Assembly (NCBI GenBank): GCA_014359355.1
Contig: JACIZP010000257.1
Coordinates: 1-46,909 of the forward strand
Length of the DNA stretch: 46,909 nt
Direction: 5' to 3'
Origin: Calditrichota bacterium
GTDB taxonomy: Bacteria; Zhuqueibacterota; Zhuqueibacteria; JANLFK01; Oleimicrobiaceae
The first letter of the stretch is position 1, and each line of letters opens with the position of its first letter. Below are positions 26,075 through 34,933 of the stretch, one piece after another. A model generated the notes under the pieces. The model worked only from the letters and a program-made list of their open reading frames with translations. It was not told where the DNA came from and made no database searches. Position numbers and translations under genes: made by a program.

Positions 26075-27472
26075 ATGAAGGTCTTGCTCGTGGAAGACGA
26101 GAAGGTGTCGCGCATTGCCCTCAGTGACGCGTTAAGGAAGGCGGGTTACCAAGTAGTCGCCTGCGAGAGTGGCAATGAAGGCCTGGAGTGGATAGAAGAG
26201 GACCATTTCGAGGCGGTCATCACCGACTTGCGTCTGCCGGACCTGAGCGGCATGGAGATCCTGAAGGCGGCAAAGCAGAAGGATAAGGACTGCGCCGTCA
26301 TTGTCGTCACCGCCTACGGCACGGTGGAAAGCGCCGTGGATGCTTTGAAGCTCGGTGCCTACGATTACCTGACCAAGCCCTTTTCCACGGACAAACTGCT
26401 GGCGATGCTCAAAAACATCCACCACCTGCACGAGCTGCTGCGCGAGAATCTCCAACTCAAGAAATGGGTCACCACCTACCAGGAGCGAGAGATCATTGGC
26501 AACTCTGCCCCAATTCGCCGGGTGGTGGAAATCCTGCGTTCGGTGGCCACAACGGACTACACGGTGCTCATCCAAGGAGAGAGCGGTACCGGCAAAGAGC
26601 TGGCAGCCCGCTTCTTGCACCGGACAAGCGAAAGACGACAAGGACCATTCGTTGCCGTCAACTGCGCCGCCCTCCCAGAGGGTTTGTTAGAGAGCGAGCT
26701 CTTCGGCTACGAAAAAGGGGCCTTCACCGGGGCCGTGCGTCGCCACGTTGGCTACATCGAGCGCTCCCGCGGGGGCACACTGTTCATTGACGACGTGGAC
26801 GACCTGCCGCTCCGTTTGCAAGTCAAGCTGTTGCGCGTGCTGCAGGAGAGAGAAATCCAGCGTCTCGGCGGGGAACACCCCATTCCCGTGGATTTCCGTT
26901 TGGTGTGCGCAAGCAAGGCGAACTTGGCGCAGCTGGTTGCCTCGGGTTCGTTTCGCGAGGATCTCTATTACCGGCTGAACATCATCACCGTCACCATGCC
27001 GCCCCTGCGCGACCACCGCGAAGATATTCCGATCTTGATTGACCACTTCGTCAAGCGCTACGGCCAAGGCAAGGCGGGCTTTGCCCTCACGCGCACTCAG
27101 CTGGAGCAGCTCATGGCCTACGACTGGCCCGGCAACGTGCGCGAATTGGAGAACGTCGTGCAACGCATGCTGGCCCTGCCCCCGGGGGTGGATTTGCTGG
27201 AGCTCGGGAGCACTTTTCTGCCGGAAGTGCAGGAGCGCCAGAGTCCCGCATCTGCCTCGCCGCCTGCAGAGGAACTTCCGGCCCTTGCGGATTTTGTCAG
27301 GGCGCAGGAGTACGAACTCATCGCCAAAGCCATGCGTCTTGCCCAAAACAATATCAGTCGCGCGGCCCGGCTGCTCAAGATTCCGCGCACCACACTCCAG
27401 TGCAAGTTAGACAAGATGCGCCTGGCGAGACAAGGGGGACCACTGAGGGCTGGCGGAGAGGCAGTCCGGTGA
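26075..27472 (+). CDS. sigma-54-dependent Fis-family response regulator (NtrC-type bEBP)
   Basis: REC domain (KVLLVEDE...DLRLPD). AAA+ Walker A GESGTGKE, the GAFTGA loop (EKGAFTGAV), and a C-terminal HTH (ISRAARLLKIPRTTLQCKL). ATG at 26075 follows GGAGG. Confidence 0.9.
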   Translation: MKVLLVEDEKVSRIALSDALRKAGYQVVACESGNEGLEWIEEDHFEAVITDLRLPDLSGMEILKAAKQKDKDCAVIVVTAYGTVESAVDALKLGAYDYLTKPFSTDKLLAMLKNIHHLHELLRENLQLKKWVTTYQEREIIGNSAPIRRVVEILRSVATTDYTVLIQGESGTGKELAARFLHRTSERRQGPFVAVNCAALPEGLLESELFGYEKGAFTGAVRRHVGYIERSRGGTLFIDDVDDLPLRLQVKLLRVLQEREIQRLGGEHPIPVDFRLVCASKANLAQLVASGSFREDLYYRLNIITVTMPPLRDHREDIPILIDHFVKRYGQGKAGFALTRTQLEQLMAYDWPGNVRELENVVQRMLALPPGVDLLELGSTFLPEVQERQSPASASPPAEELPALADFVRAQEYELIAKAMRLAQNNISRAARLLKIPRTTLQCKLDKMRLARQGGPLRAGGEAVR

Positions 27473-27978
27473 TGCGCGCGCAGCCAAAGCGAGTGCCGCC
27501 AGACCTTAGGACGACGCTGCAAGACGGTTTTGCAGCAGCAGGTAAGAGTCAGCCGAAGTAAATCCGCCGCGCGAGCCGTTCGCTGCGAACGCGCGGCTCG
27601 AGGACCAGCCGCACTTGCCACATCCTGCAACTCGTGGACGTAGATGGCCGGCAGCTCCTCCCGTCCGGCGACGGACTCGTCCACCGTGACCTGGTAGTCC
27701 AACCACTTGCCTTCCACCTTCTCAGACCAGCATCCAGCCGTTCGGTGACCCCACAAGGGGAAAGGAACGAGGAACCGGCGCTCTCTCATGCCAGGGCCAT
27801 CCAGAGTCTTGAGCACCCTCCAGCATGATCCGTGCTGAACGATTTGCAAGACGATTGACAGGGCATGGCCCCTGAACTTGCACACTCTCGTTCGCCCACC
27901 AGGTGCACTCATGTGGAATGAGGGCATCGGGCACCGGAGAGGACTTTCACGCCAGGCTGGCGTTGTTCTTGGCGCTTC

Positions 27979-29070
27979 CTAAGGCAGGTGGACGCGCTCG
28001 TCGAGCAGACGGGCGAGGCCGGCGCTGTCCCCCGGCGACCATCCAAAAGATCGGCGCCAGACCTCGTCGCTTTCCATGCACAGGTAGACCAGAACGTGCG
28101 GCGCATGCAGGCGAATGCGCTGGTACAGCCACTGGAACATCTCCTCCCGAATCGCGCGAAAATAGCGCAACTTGCCATCCTTGCCGGGTACCAACTCCCC
28201 CAGCGGCAAATCGCTTTGCCTGTGGCGCTCGCGGATCAGCTCATCCAGGTGAGCGGGGTAGCGCAAGGCACCCAGGCTTATCCAGGCGATGTTCTCGGGC
28301 CGAGCGAAGGAAAAGAGGCGATCGACCACGCCCGCATACTCCTCCTTCCACCCCTCGTACCAGATGAGCGGGTCGAAGTGGAAGCCCAGCCGGTATCCGG
28401 CATCCTGCGCTTTCTGTGCCGCCTCCAGCCGCCGCGTTAATGGGGCACTGTTCGGCTCATGGGCCGCAACCATGCGCGCGGTGTTCAAGGACCAGGAGAG
28501 CACCGTGCGCCTGCCATGCTCGAGGCCCAATAGCGGCGCAATGGTGTCAGTCTTCGTCTTCAACTCGAGGAGGGCGTGCCTCTTGTCGGCAAAGTAACGC
28601 ACCAGCTCCCGGTTCAAGTCGATGAGGTGGTCAAAGGCAAGGCTGTCGGCCAACTCGCCTGTGCCGATGCGCACTGCCGCCGGCCATCGTCGCGCCAAGA
28701 GCTCGTCCAGTTCCTGCCACAGGTCGGCACTGTTGGTGTAGATCGTCGCCACCGGGCAATTCAGATATCCTTGGAGAATACAGTAGCGGCAGCCGATGGT
28801 GCACCCCATGGCAACATTGAGGTTCCAATAACCGCAGCAGATGTAGCCCTTGGTGCCGGGGCACGGCTTGGCGAAATGCCCTCGCTGTCGCGCAAGGAGA
28901 AGGCTGTGCGCGGCCTCCTCCTCGGTCACCTGGGGAAACAGGCCGCCCTCCTCCGGCAGAAGGATGTGCTGCGCCCCGGGCAGCCTGTCGAGCACACGCT
29001 TGGTCAGCGGCTCCTCGGCTACCGAGGAGGCGATGAACACCTTCTCAGGAGCGAAGGCGCGGTAGGTCAC
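27979..29070 (-). CDS. spore-photoproduct-lyase-family (SPL-type) radical SAM protein
   Basis: CTIGCRYCILQ (CX3CX2C followed by LQ, as in SplB) and overall collinearity with SplB as I recall it. GTG at 29070 follows GGAGAA. Alternative TTG start at 29097 overlaps the ParB-like stop (TTGA). Confidence 0.75.
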   Translation of the reverse strand: MTYRAFAPEKVFIASSVAEEPLTKRVLDRLPGAQHILLPEEGGLFPQVTEEEAAHSLLLARQRGHFAKPCPGTKGYICCGYWNLNVAMGCTIGCRYCILQGYLNCPVATIYTNSADLWQELDELLARRWPAAVRIGTGELADSLAFDHLIDLNRELVRYFADKRHALLELKTKTDTIAPLLGLEHGRRTVLSWSLNTARMVAAHEPNSAPLTRRLEAAQKAQDAGYRLGFHFDPLIWYEGWKEEYAGVVDRLFSFARPENIAWISLGALRYPAHLDELIRERHRQSDLPLGELVPGKDGKLRYFRAIREEMFQWLYQRIRLHAPHVLVYLCMESDEVWRRSFGWSPGDSAGLARLLDERVHLP

Positions 29071-29093
29071 TCTTCGTTCTCCGCGGACCTTTG

Positions 29094-30080
29094 TCAAGGC
29101 AGAAGCAGCAATTCTCGCAACGTCGAGCTTTCGGCGATTTGCTGAAGTCGTTGCGCCGCTGCCCGCAACTCCTCACCGCTCCCGAATTGTACGTGACACT
29201 GCCATTCGCCACCCTCAAAATTGGCTGGAGGAGAAAGACGCACATTGGCCGGGAGATCAAGACTGCGGATCAGCTCATGGGAGCGGCGTTCCGCTTCGGC
29301 TAAACGGGGGAACCGCCGCTGGCGCAGCCAGGTCAGCACCTTCTCCGTTTTCTGGCCTGGGCTCCAGTCGGTCTTTCGCAAGACCTCTTGCAACTCCGGC
29401 GCAGAAAGCACCTGCTGAATGGACATCGACTCCCTGCGCGCCACATCCTCTGCGAGTCGGACAAGGTCGCGTTGGTGGTTCTTCCCCAGGCGCAGCTGCG
29501 AGATCACGGCAAACAGGGCCGAGGCGTCGCCGTCGCTCATTTCGACGAGGCGGAGGGCCACCTCCTGGGAGAGACGGTCCTCGGCCAACCATTGCCGCAT
29601 TGGCTCGGGCAGCCCGGCCAACGAGAGGTAACGCTGCAAGAGCGTACGGCTCCCCTGCAGGTTGAGGAGCGGCATGTACCGGCTTACAACCTCTGTTTCA
29701 GGCACATGGAATTGCCTGACCAGTTTGTGGAGGGCAACGGCGCACTCGACGACATTCAGGGCGCGGATGCCAAGATTGTCGCCCAAGGACCACACGAAGA
29801 GGGCAAGTTCAGGGACGGCTTCTTCCACACACCAAGCGGAGATGGTTGTTGCCCCCTGCTCCCTCAGGAGGGCGCACCGCCGGAACCCTGCGACCACTCG
29901 CCAACGGCCGTCCTGCCGCCTCTGCACAGTCGGCGGATTGATCAACCCCACCGTGTGCAGGGATGCCGCCAAAGCCGGGGGCGGCGGCCCATAGCTAACC
30001 TGATACCACCGATCCTCAAGGTCGATCTCCGTGAGGGCAACGCTTGCCAATTGCCGGGGAATGTCCTCTTCGATGCCCAT
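29094..30080 (-). CDS. ParB/Srx N-terminal-domain protein with a long helical C-terminal region
   Basis: LINPPTVQRRQDGRWRVVAGFRRCALL matches the ParB GxxRxxA arginine-patch region. ATG at 30080 follows GGGAG (the ORF itself extends to a TTG at 30101). Confidence 0.7.
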   Translation of the reverse strand: MGIEEDIPRQLASVALTEIDLEDRWYQVSYGPPPPALAASLHTVGLINPPTVQRRQDGRWRVVAGFRRCALLREQGATTISAWCVEEAVPELALFVWSLGDNLGIRALNVVECAVALHKLVRQFHVPETEVVSRYMPLLNLQGSRTLLQRYLSLAGLPEPMRQWLAEDRLSQEVALRLVEMSDGDASALFAVISQLRLGKNHQRDLVRLAEDVARRESMSIQQVLSAPELQEVLRKTDWSPGQKTEKVLTWLRQRRFPRLAEAERRSHELIRSLDLPANVRLSPPANFEGGEWQCHVQFGSGEELRAAAQRLQQIAESSTLRELLLLP

Positions 30081-30189
30081 GATCTGTCTCCCTTCGGGCA
30101 AGGAACGGCTGCACAGACGCGGACATATGCAAGTCTACAACAAGCTCTGCACAAAGTCAAGAGCAAAACCTAACCCGCACAAATAGATG

Positions 30190-30218
30190 TTGACATTGCC
30201 GCGATTTTTTGTTATCAT
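30190..30218 (+). promoter_or_regulatory. sigma-70-type promoter (TTGACA-17-TATCAT)
   Basis: TTGACA at 30190..30195, a 17-nt spacer, then TATCAT at 30213..30218, about 45 nt upstream of the AGCS start codon. Confidence 0.5.
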
Positions 30219-30262
30219 ACAAGCCACAAGCGACGACGAAACTCAGCCAGAGGGAGCTCGCC

Positions 30263-31768
30263 ATGACCGCCTTTCTCGAGGAACTCTTGCGCATCTCGCA
30301 AATGCTGGCGGACTTTATGTGGGGCAACTGGATGATCCTGCTCTTGGTGGGCACCGGCGTGGTGCTCACCGTGGTGACGCGCGGCATTCAGGTGCGCAAG
30401 TTCTTTCTGTCCCTGAAATTCGCCTTCAGCGGCGCCTCCAAGAAGAGCGCCGTCCACTCCAAGCAGGGTGACATCTCGCCGTTTGCGGCGCTGATGACCG
30501 CGCTTGCTGCCACCGTGGGGAACGGCAACATTGCCGGCGTGGCTACGGCCATCGCCACCGGCGGACCAGGCGCGCCGTTCTGGATGTGGGTGTCCGCCCT
30601 CTTCGGCATGGCCACCAAGTATGCGGAAGGGTTCTTAGGGGTGAAATATCGCAAGGTCGCCGAGGACGGCTCCATGGCGGGCGGTCCCATGTACTACTGC
30701 CGCTACGGCATCAAGTGGAAGCCTCTGGCGCGCGTGTTGGGGATGGTATTTGCCGTCTGCGGTGCGTTCACCGCCCTGTTCGGCACCGGCAACATGATGC
30801 AGTCCAACTCCATGGCGCTGGCCTTCAAGACGCAGTTCCACGTGCCGACCATCGTGAGCGCCGTGGTCATCACCGTCCTGGTCGGCTTGGTCATCATTGG
30901 CGGCATCAAGCGCATTGGTGCGGTTGCCGAGCGCCTGGTGCCCACCATGATTCTCTTTTACCTGGCGGGGGCGGCTGTCATTCTCATCAGTAGGGCAACA
31001 GCCCTCGATGATGCCTTTATGCTCATCTTCCGCTCGGCATTCTCACTGCAGGCAGCAGGTGGCGCGTTGGTCGGCACGACCGTGCAGAAAGCCATCAGCC
31101 TCGGCGTGCGCCGCGGGGTGTTGTCCAACGAGGCGGGATTAGGCTCGGCAGCCATAGCCCAGGCGGCAGCCAAGTCGCCGGACCCCACGTACAACGGACT
31201 GGTGGCGATGACTGGCGTGTTCATCGACACCTTGCTCGTGAACACCATCACCACGCTCACGATCGTGGTCACCGGCCTGTGGATGCTCACCCCTGCGGCC
31301 GGAGTGGAGTTGTTGCGGGAAGGCACCCGCCTGGCCCCGGAGGCTGTCGCCACGCTTCCGCCCGCCGCCCAGCAACTTGCCGCACGCATAGGCTATGACC
31401 TGGCCAACGGCGGGCTGTCGAGCACGGCACTCACTACCATGGCCTTCAATTCGGTTATCCCCTTCGGCGGCTGGATTGTGGCCATTGGCTCTTTTCTCTT
31501 CGGCTATACCACGCTCATCGGCTGGGCCTACTACGGTGAGCAGTGCATCGAGTACATTTGGGGCGTCAAGTCGAAGATGCCCTACCGCCTGGTCTACATC
31601 ACTCTGCTCTTCTTCGGCGCCTTGATGACTGGGAAGTACTTGAACATTGTCTGGTACGTGGGCGACACCGCCAATGCCATCATGGCCTTCCCCAATCTGA
31701 TCGGGCTCTTATTGCTCTCGGGCGTGGTGGCACGTGTGACACGGCACCATTTCTTGGAGCAGATGTAG
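30263..31768 (+). CDS. alanine/glycine:cation symporter (AGCS family)
   Basis: Start MTAFLEELLRISQMLADFMWGNWMILLLVGTG. GNGNIAGVATAIATGGPGAPFWMW and LSNEAGLGSAAIAQAAA motifs are typical of AGCS transporters. Confidence 0.85.
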   Translation: MTAFLEELLRISQMLADFMWGNWMILLLVGTGVVLTVVTRGIQVRKFFLSLKFAFSGASKKSAVHSKQGDISPFAALMTALAATVGNGNIAGVATAIATGGPGAPFWMWVSALFGMATKYAEGFLGVKYRKVAEDGSMAGGPMYYCRYGIKWKPLARVLGMVFAVCGAFTALFGTGNMMQSNSMALAFKTQFHVPTIVSAVVITVLVGLVIIGGIKRIGAVAERLVPTMILFYLAGAAVILISRATALDDAFMLIFRSAFSLQAAGGALVGTTVQKAISLGVRRGVLSNEAGLGSAAIAQAAAKSPDPTYNGLVAMTGVFIDTLLVNTITTLTIVVTGLWMLTPAAGVELLREGTRLAPEAVATLPPAAQQLAARIGYDLANGGLSSTALTTMAFNSVIPFGGWIVAIGSFLFGYTTLIGWAYYGEQCIEYIWGVKSKMPYRLVYITLLFFGALMTGKYLNIVWYVGDTANAIMAFPNLIGLLLLSGVVARVTRHHFLEQM

Positions 31769-31770
31769 CT

Positions 31771-32265
31771 TTGCCTCAAAACGTAGAAAGTAAGGCGCAG
31801 AACGAGCCGACTCGCCACTACGTCTACATTGTCCGCTGCGGCGATGGTTCGTTCTACACGGGCTGCACCAAGAACGTCGAGGAGCGCGTCCGGCGCCACA
31901 ACGGCGAACTGCACGGAGGGGCGCGCTACACACGCACGCGGCGACCCGTGGTGCTGGTACACTGCGAGGAGTTCACCTCCTTGCGAGAGGCGCGGCGCCG
32001 GGAGAGGGCACTCAAGCGCCTCTCGCGGACGGCCAAGGAACTGCTCATCGCCGGCAGCTCTGCAGGTGGGGCAGCGGATACGTTGGCCCAGGCAGGAGGC
32101 AGCAGGATTTCGGCCGCACGCAAGAAGGCCACCACGCGTATTGACGTGGATGAGCTGTATAAGAAGCTCCGCAAGCCCATGCCCAAACCGACGGTGGTGC
32201 ACAAGGACCGCAAGCGCTATTCGCGGAAGCAGAAGCACCCGCGCATTCCTGAAGAGGAGGAGTGA
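31771..32265 (+). CDS. GIY-YIG nuclease-domain protein with a basic C-terminal extension
   Basis: HYVYIVRCGDGSFYTGCTKNVEERVRRHN...RRRERALK is a GIY-YIG (UPF0213-like) core. The only in-frame start after the upstream stop is TTG at 31771. A lysine/arginine-rich tail of about 70 aa follows. Confidence 0.65.
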   Translation: MPQNVESKAQNEPTRHYVYIVRCGDGSFYTGCTKNVEERVRRHNGELHGGARYTRTRRPVVLVHCEEFTSLREARRRERALKRLSRTAKELLIAGSSAGGAADTLAQAGGSRISAARKKATTRIDVDELYKKLRKPMPKPTVVHKDRKRYSRKQKHPRIPEEEE

Positions 32266-32292
32266 GCGGTCGAGGCTCAATGCAACAGAACC

Positions 32293-33033
32293 ATGTCGTC
32301 GCCCCTCCTCGTCAGGGAGATTCGCTGCAGGGCGGCGCTCACGCGCTCGCGCATTCCGGGAATTGACTATGCCCTGAATCCCTACGTGGGCTGCGCCCAT
32401 GGCTGCCGGTATTGCTACGCGGAGTTCATGCGCGGCTATACCGGCCATGCCGAACCGTGGGGCAGTTTTGTGGATGTGCGCATCAATGCGGCCAGGCAGC
32501 TGGCAAACGATGTGGCGCGGCTGCGGCCAGGGGTAATCGGCCTGAGCACCGTCACCGATCCTTACCAGCCGCTGGAACGGAGGTACCAACTGACGCGTTC
32601 CTGCCTTACGGTCCTCCAGGCCGGCCTCTTCCCGGTGTCGATCCTGACCAAGTCGCCGCTGGTCACGCGGGACATCGACGTGCTCCGCTCTTTGGCAGAA
32701 TGCGAGGTGGGACTGACCATCACCACAGATGACGAGCGCATGCGCCGACTGTTCGAGCCCTGTGCACCACCGGTTGTGCGGCGGCTGGAGGCGCTGGCGG
32801 CGCTCAAAGCGGCAGGGCTGCGCACCTATGCCTTCGTCGGGCCGGCGCTGCCAATGGATCCGCAACATCTGGCGAGGTTGCTCGATGGCCTTGTGGACGA
32901 GGTCCTGGTAGACCGCATGAACTATGCGCACAAGGTCGTCTCTCTGTATCGCGCCCACGGCCTGACAAAGTACCTGTCCAATGCGTACTTTGAGGAAGTT
33001 GAGGCGGCGATGTCATCTGTGGCGCGACGCTAA
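32293..33033 (+). CDS. radical SAM protein, COG1533 / DNA-photolyase-like (SPL-related)
   Basis: YVGCAHGCRYCYA (CX3CX2C), then ...LSTVTDPYQP...ILTKSPLVTRD, typical of the COG1533 family. Confidence 0.8.
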   Translation: MSSPLLVREIRCRAALTRSRIPGIDYALNPYVGCAHGCRYCYAEFMRGYTGHAEPWGSFVDVRINAARQLANDVARLRPGVIGLSTVTDPYQPLERRYQLTRSCLTVLQAGLFPVSILTKSPLVTRDIDVLRSLAECEVGLTITTDDERMRRLFEPCAPPVVRRLEALAALKAAGLRTYAFVGPALPMDPQHLARLLDGLVDEVLVDRMNYAHKVVSLYRAHGLTKYLSNAYFEEVEAAMSSVARR

Positions 33034-33196
33034 GCTCCGGATGCCCTCTGCATCTGGCTGTTGCATTTGTGCGGCGTTTCTGCTAAATTGCAGGGCCAAT
33101 GAGAGCCGTCGAGCAGACATTTCCGCTGCGAAGCAACGATGCGCCGCGGCGCTACCACCGCATGGGCCATTCGTTAGCCAGCTCGCAGGAGCGCTG

Positions 33197-34045
33197 ATGA
33201 GCAGTTTGCGTCCGCCTATGCGACGCACGCGCAGCGCGGCCGAAGTCGCCATTTTGGCAAACCAGTTGCGCGCGCATGCGCTGGGCAAAAAGGTGGTCCA
33301 GGCCTGGTTCCCCCAAGGTTGGGCAGGCGAGTTGCCGCCACGACCCGAAGCGCTTGTCCGGCACTCACGGGTCGCAGGCGTCGACCACTGTGCCACCTGC
33401 CTGACCATCGACTTTGACACAGGCCTGTCCATGGTGGTGCAGCTTGCCAAAGGAGGCTCGGCGCGCTGGGTGGCTGGCCCAGAGCCAACGCGCGAGGACG
33501 AGCAGATGGTCGTGCGCTTCGAGCGCGACACCTGGCTTCTGGTGAAAGTGGAAGGCCCTCGGGCAACAAAGTTGCTGCCCAGTGCGAACCTCCGGCGCCT
33601 GCCTCCGCTCAAGGGCCTCGGGCCGGACGTCCTGTCCGCGGAGTTTACTCTGGAGGTGCTGCGCGCCGCACTTGGCAAAGCGGGTGCGCGCATGGTGCGT
33701 CCCCTGCTCCTTGACCAGCGGCGCATCGCCGGGCTTGACGAGCCGCTTGTGGACGAGATCCTGCTCCGCGCACGCATTCACCCCCGCACCGAGGCGCGCC
33801 GCCTCTCTGCGGAACAGCAGCGAGGCCTGTTCGAAGCCATCCGGGAGGTGTTGCGGCAGGCAATGGAACAAGGAGGCTCAGCAACCACGGGCTTTGTGGA
33901 CCTGCATGGCAAGCGCGGCAGATTTCGCTCCGCCGGCTGGGATGCGCGCATACGCACATGCTGGCGTTGCGGCACTCCCCTCGCCCGCCAGCTCTGCGCG
34001 CGCCGCCCCTGTTTCCTGTGTCCCCTGTGCCAGGAGCTCTCGTGA
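33197..34045 (+). CDS. Fpg/Nei-family-like protein (H2TH plus zinc finger) lacking the N-terminal PELPEVE catalytic motif
   Basis: LLLDQRRIAGL..LVDEILLRARIHP (H2TH-like) and CWRCG...CPLCQ (CX2C-16-CX2C). The N-terminus is MSSLRPPMRRTRSAAEVAIL instead of MPELPEVE. ATG at 33197 follows AGGAG. Confidence 0.7.
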   Translation: MSSLRPPMRRTRSAAEVAILANQLRAHALGKKVVQAWFPQGWAGELPPRPEALVRHSRVAGVDHCATCLTIDFDTGLSMVVQLAKGGSARWVAGPEPTREDEQMVVRFERDTWLLVKVEGPRATKLLPSANLRRLPPLKGLGPDVLSAEFTLEVLRAALGKAGARMVRPLLLDQRRIAGLDEPLVDEILLRARIHPRTEARRLSAEQQRGLFEAIREVLRQAMEQGGSATTGFVDLHGKRGRFRSAGWDARIRTCWRCGTPLARQLCARRPCFLCPLCQELS

Positions 34046-34662
34046 ACGCGACCCCTTTTCTGACGGCAGTGGTTGTCGCGCTCGCGACACAGCGGTGCCG
34101 GCAGACGACGATGAGCCTGGAAGACCTCGTGCGTTGGCATTTGGCTCATCACGCGGGCATCCAGGTGCAAGACGTCTACAAGATGTTCCACCAGGCCGTC
34201 TATGGCCCGGCGCACATACTCGCCGATCCGGAGCGTGCGTTGCGGGAGTTGCGCCGCGAATGGCTGGAAGTGCAGGCCTCCGGAGAAGAACCTCTGGCAG
34301 AACCCATTTCCCCGGACCACTCCGTGGTGCGCCTCAACCTGCGCCGGTACAAACAGATGGGTGGCGCCGTCGAAGCTCTCTGGCAGGCGCTGTTAGAGTC
34401 CGCCGGCGCGATGCACAGCAGCGACGAGGCCTTCTTCGCCCTGTGGCGGCCTTTTGCTGCTGCGGTACGTCGCGGAGAGCTCCCTTTTTCCGCCTGGGAA
34501 GTTGCGGCCATGGAGGACTCCTTGGCGAAACGGGGAGTAGTTGCCGTGCATCACTCAGAAGCCTACCGTCGCGCCAATGCACCGGCTTATCGAGTGCTTA
34601 CCGCAGCGGCCCTCCGCCGCTTGCGGAGGTCACTTGCGAAAGATCGTGGGGGCAAGCCATAG
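34042..34662 (+). CDS. hypothetical protein
   Basis: GTG at 34042 overlaps the upstream stop (GTGA) and follows AGGAG. An alternative ATG lies at 34111 (MSLEDLVRWHLAHHAGIQVQDVYK). No family recognised. Confidence 0.5.
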   Translation: MNATPFLTAVVVALATQRCRQTTMSLEDLVRWHLAHHAGIQVQDVYKMFHQAVYGPAHILADPERALRELRREWLEVQASGEEPLAEPISPDHSVVRLNLRRYKQMGGAVEALWQALLESAGAMHSSDEAFFALWRPFAAAVRRGELPFSAWEVAAMEDSLAKRGVVAVHHSEAYRRANAPAYRVLTAAALRRLRRSLAKDRGGKP

Positions 34663-34676
34663 CTCAGGAGGGAGAC

Positions 34677-34907
34677 ATGTCCTGTTACCTGCGTCATCTC
34701 AGCAGTGAGCTGCACGAGGCGGGCATCGAGCTCACGCCGGCCAACCGGCGGCAGGTTGATCAGATGCTCCACGAATTGGTGGGTGTACCGTTCAAGGCCT
34801 GTCCCGAGGCCTGGAAAAGGCTCAAGGAGGAGCTCCGCGGCGACCCGACACGCCGCGCCGCCTTTGTGGCCCGCCTGCGGGACCTCTGGGCGGCCAAGAG
34901 CAAATGA
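34677..34907 (+). CDS. small hypothetical protein (76 aa)
   Basis: ATG at 34677 follows AGGAGGGAG. MSCYLRHLSSELHEAGIELTPANRRQVDQMLHELVG. Tightly packed between its neighbours. Confidence 0.5.
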   Translation: MSCYLRHLSSELHEAGIELTPANRRQVDQMLHELVGVPFKACPEAWKRLKEELRGDPTRRAAFVARLRDLWAAKSK

Positions 34908-34933
34908 AGGACTGACAACCAAAAGGGAGGCCT

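Noticed and set aside
27560-27927. Coding-like codon usage on the minus strand (..WSEKVEGKWLDYQVTVDESVAGREELPAIYVHELQDV..) within ORF 27118..27927.
   Set aside because: The frame has no stop until it has run about 350 nt into the well-supported response-regulator gene, and no family motif is recognisable. It is possibly a decayed gene remnant, which cannot be resolved by eye.
33191-33199. CTGATGAG string suggestive of a hammerhead ribozyme core.
   Set aside because: No matching CGAAA element or stem arrangement lies nearby. The string is simply the RBS-to-ATG region of the Fpg-like gene.
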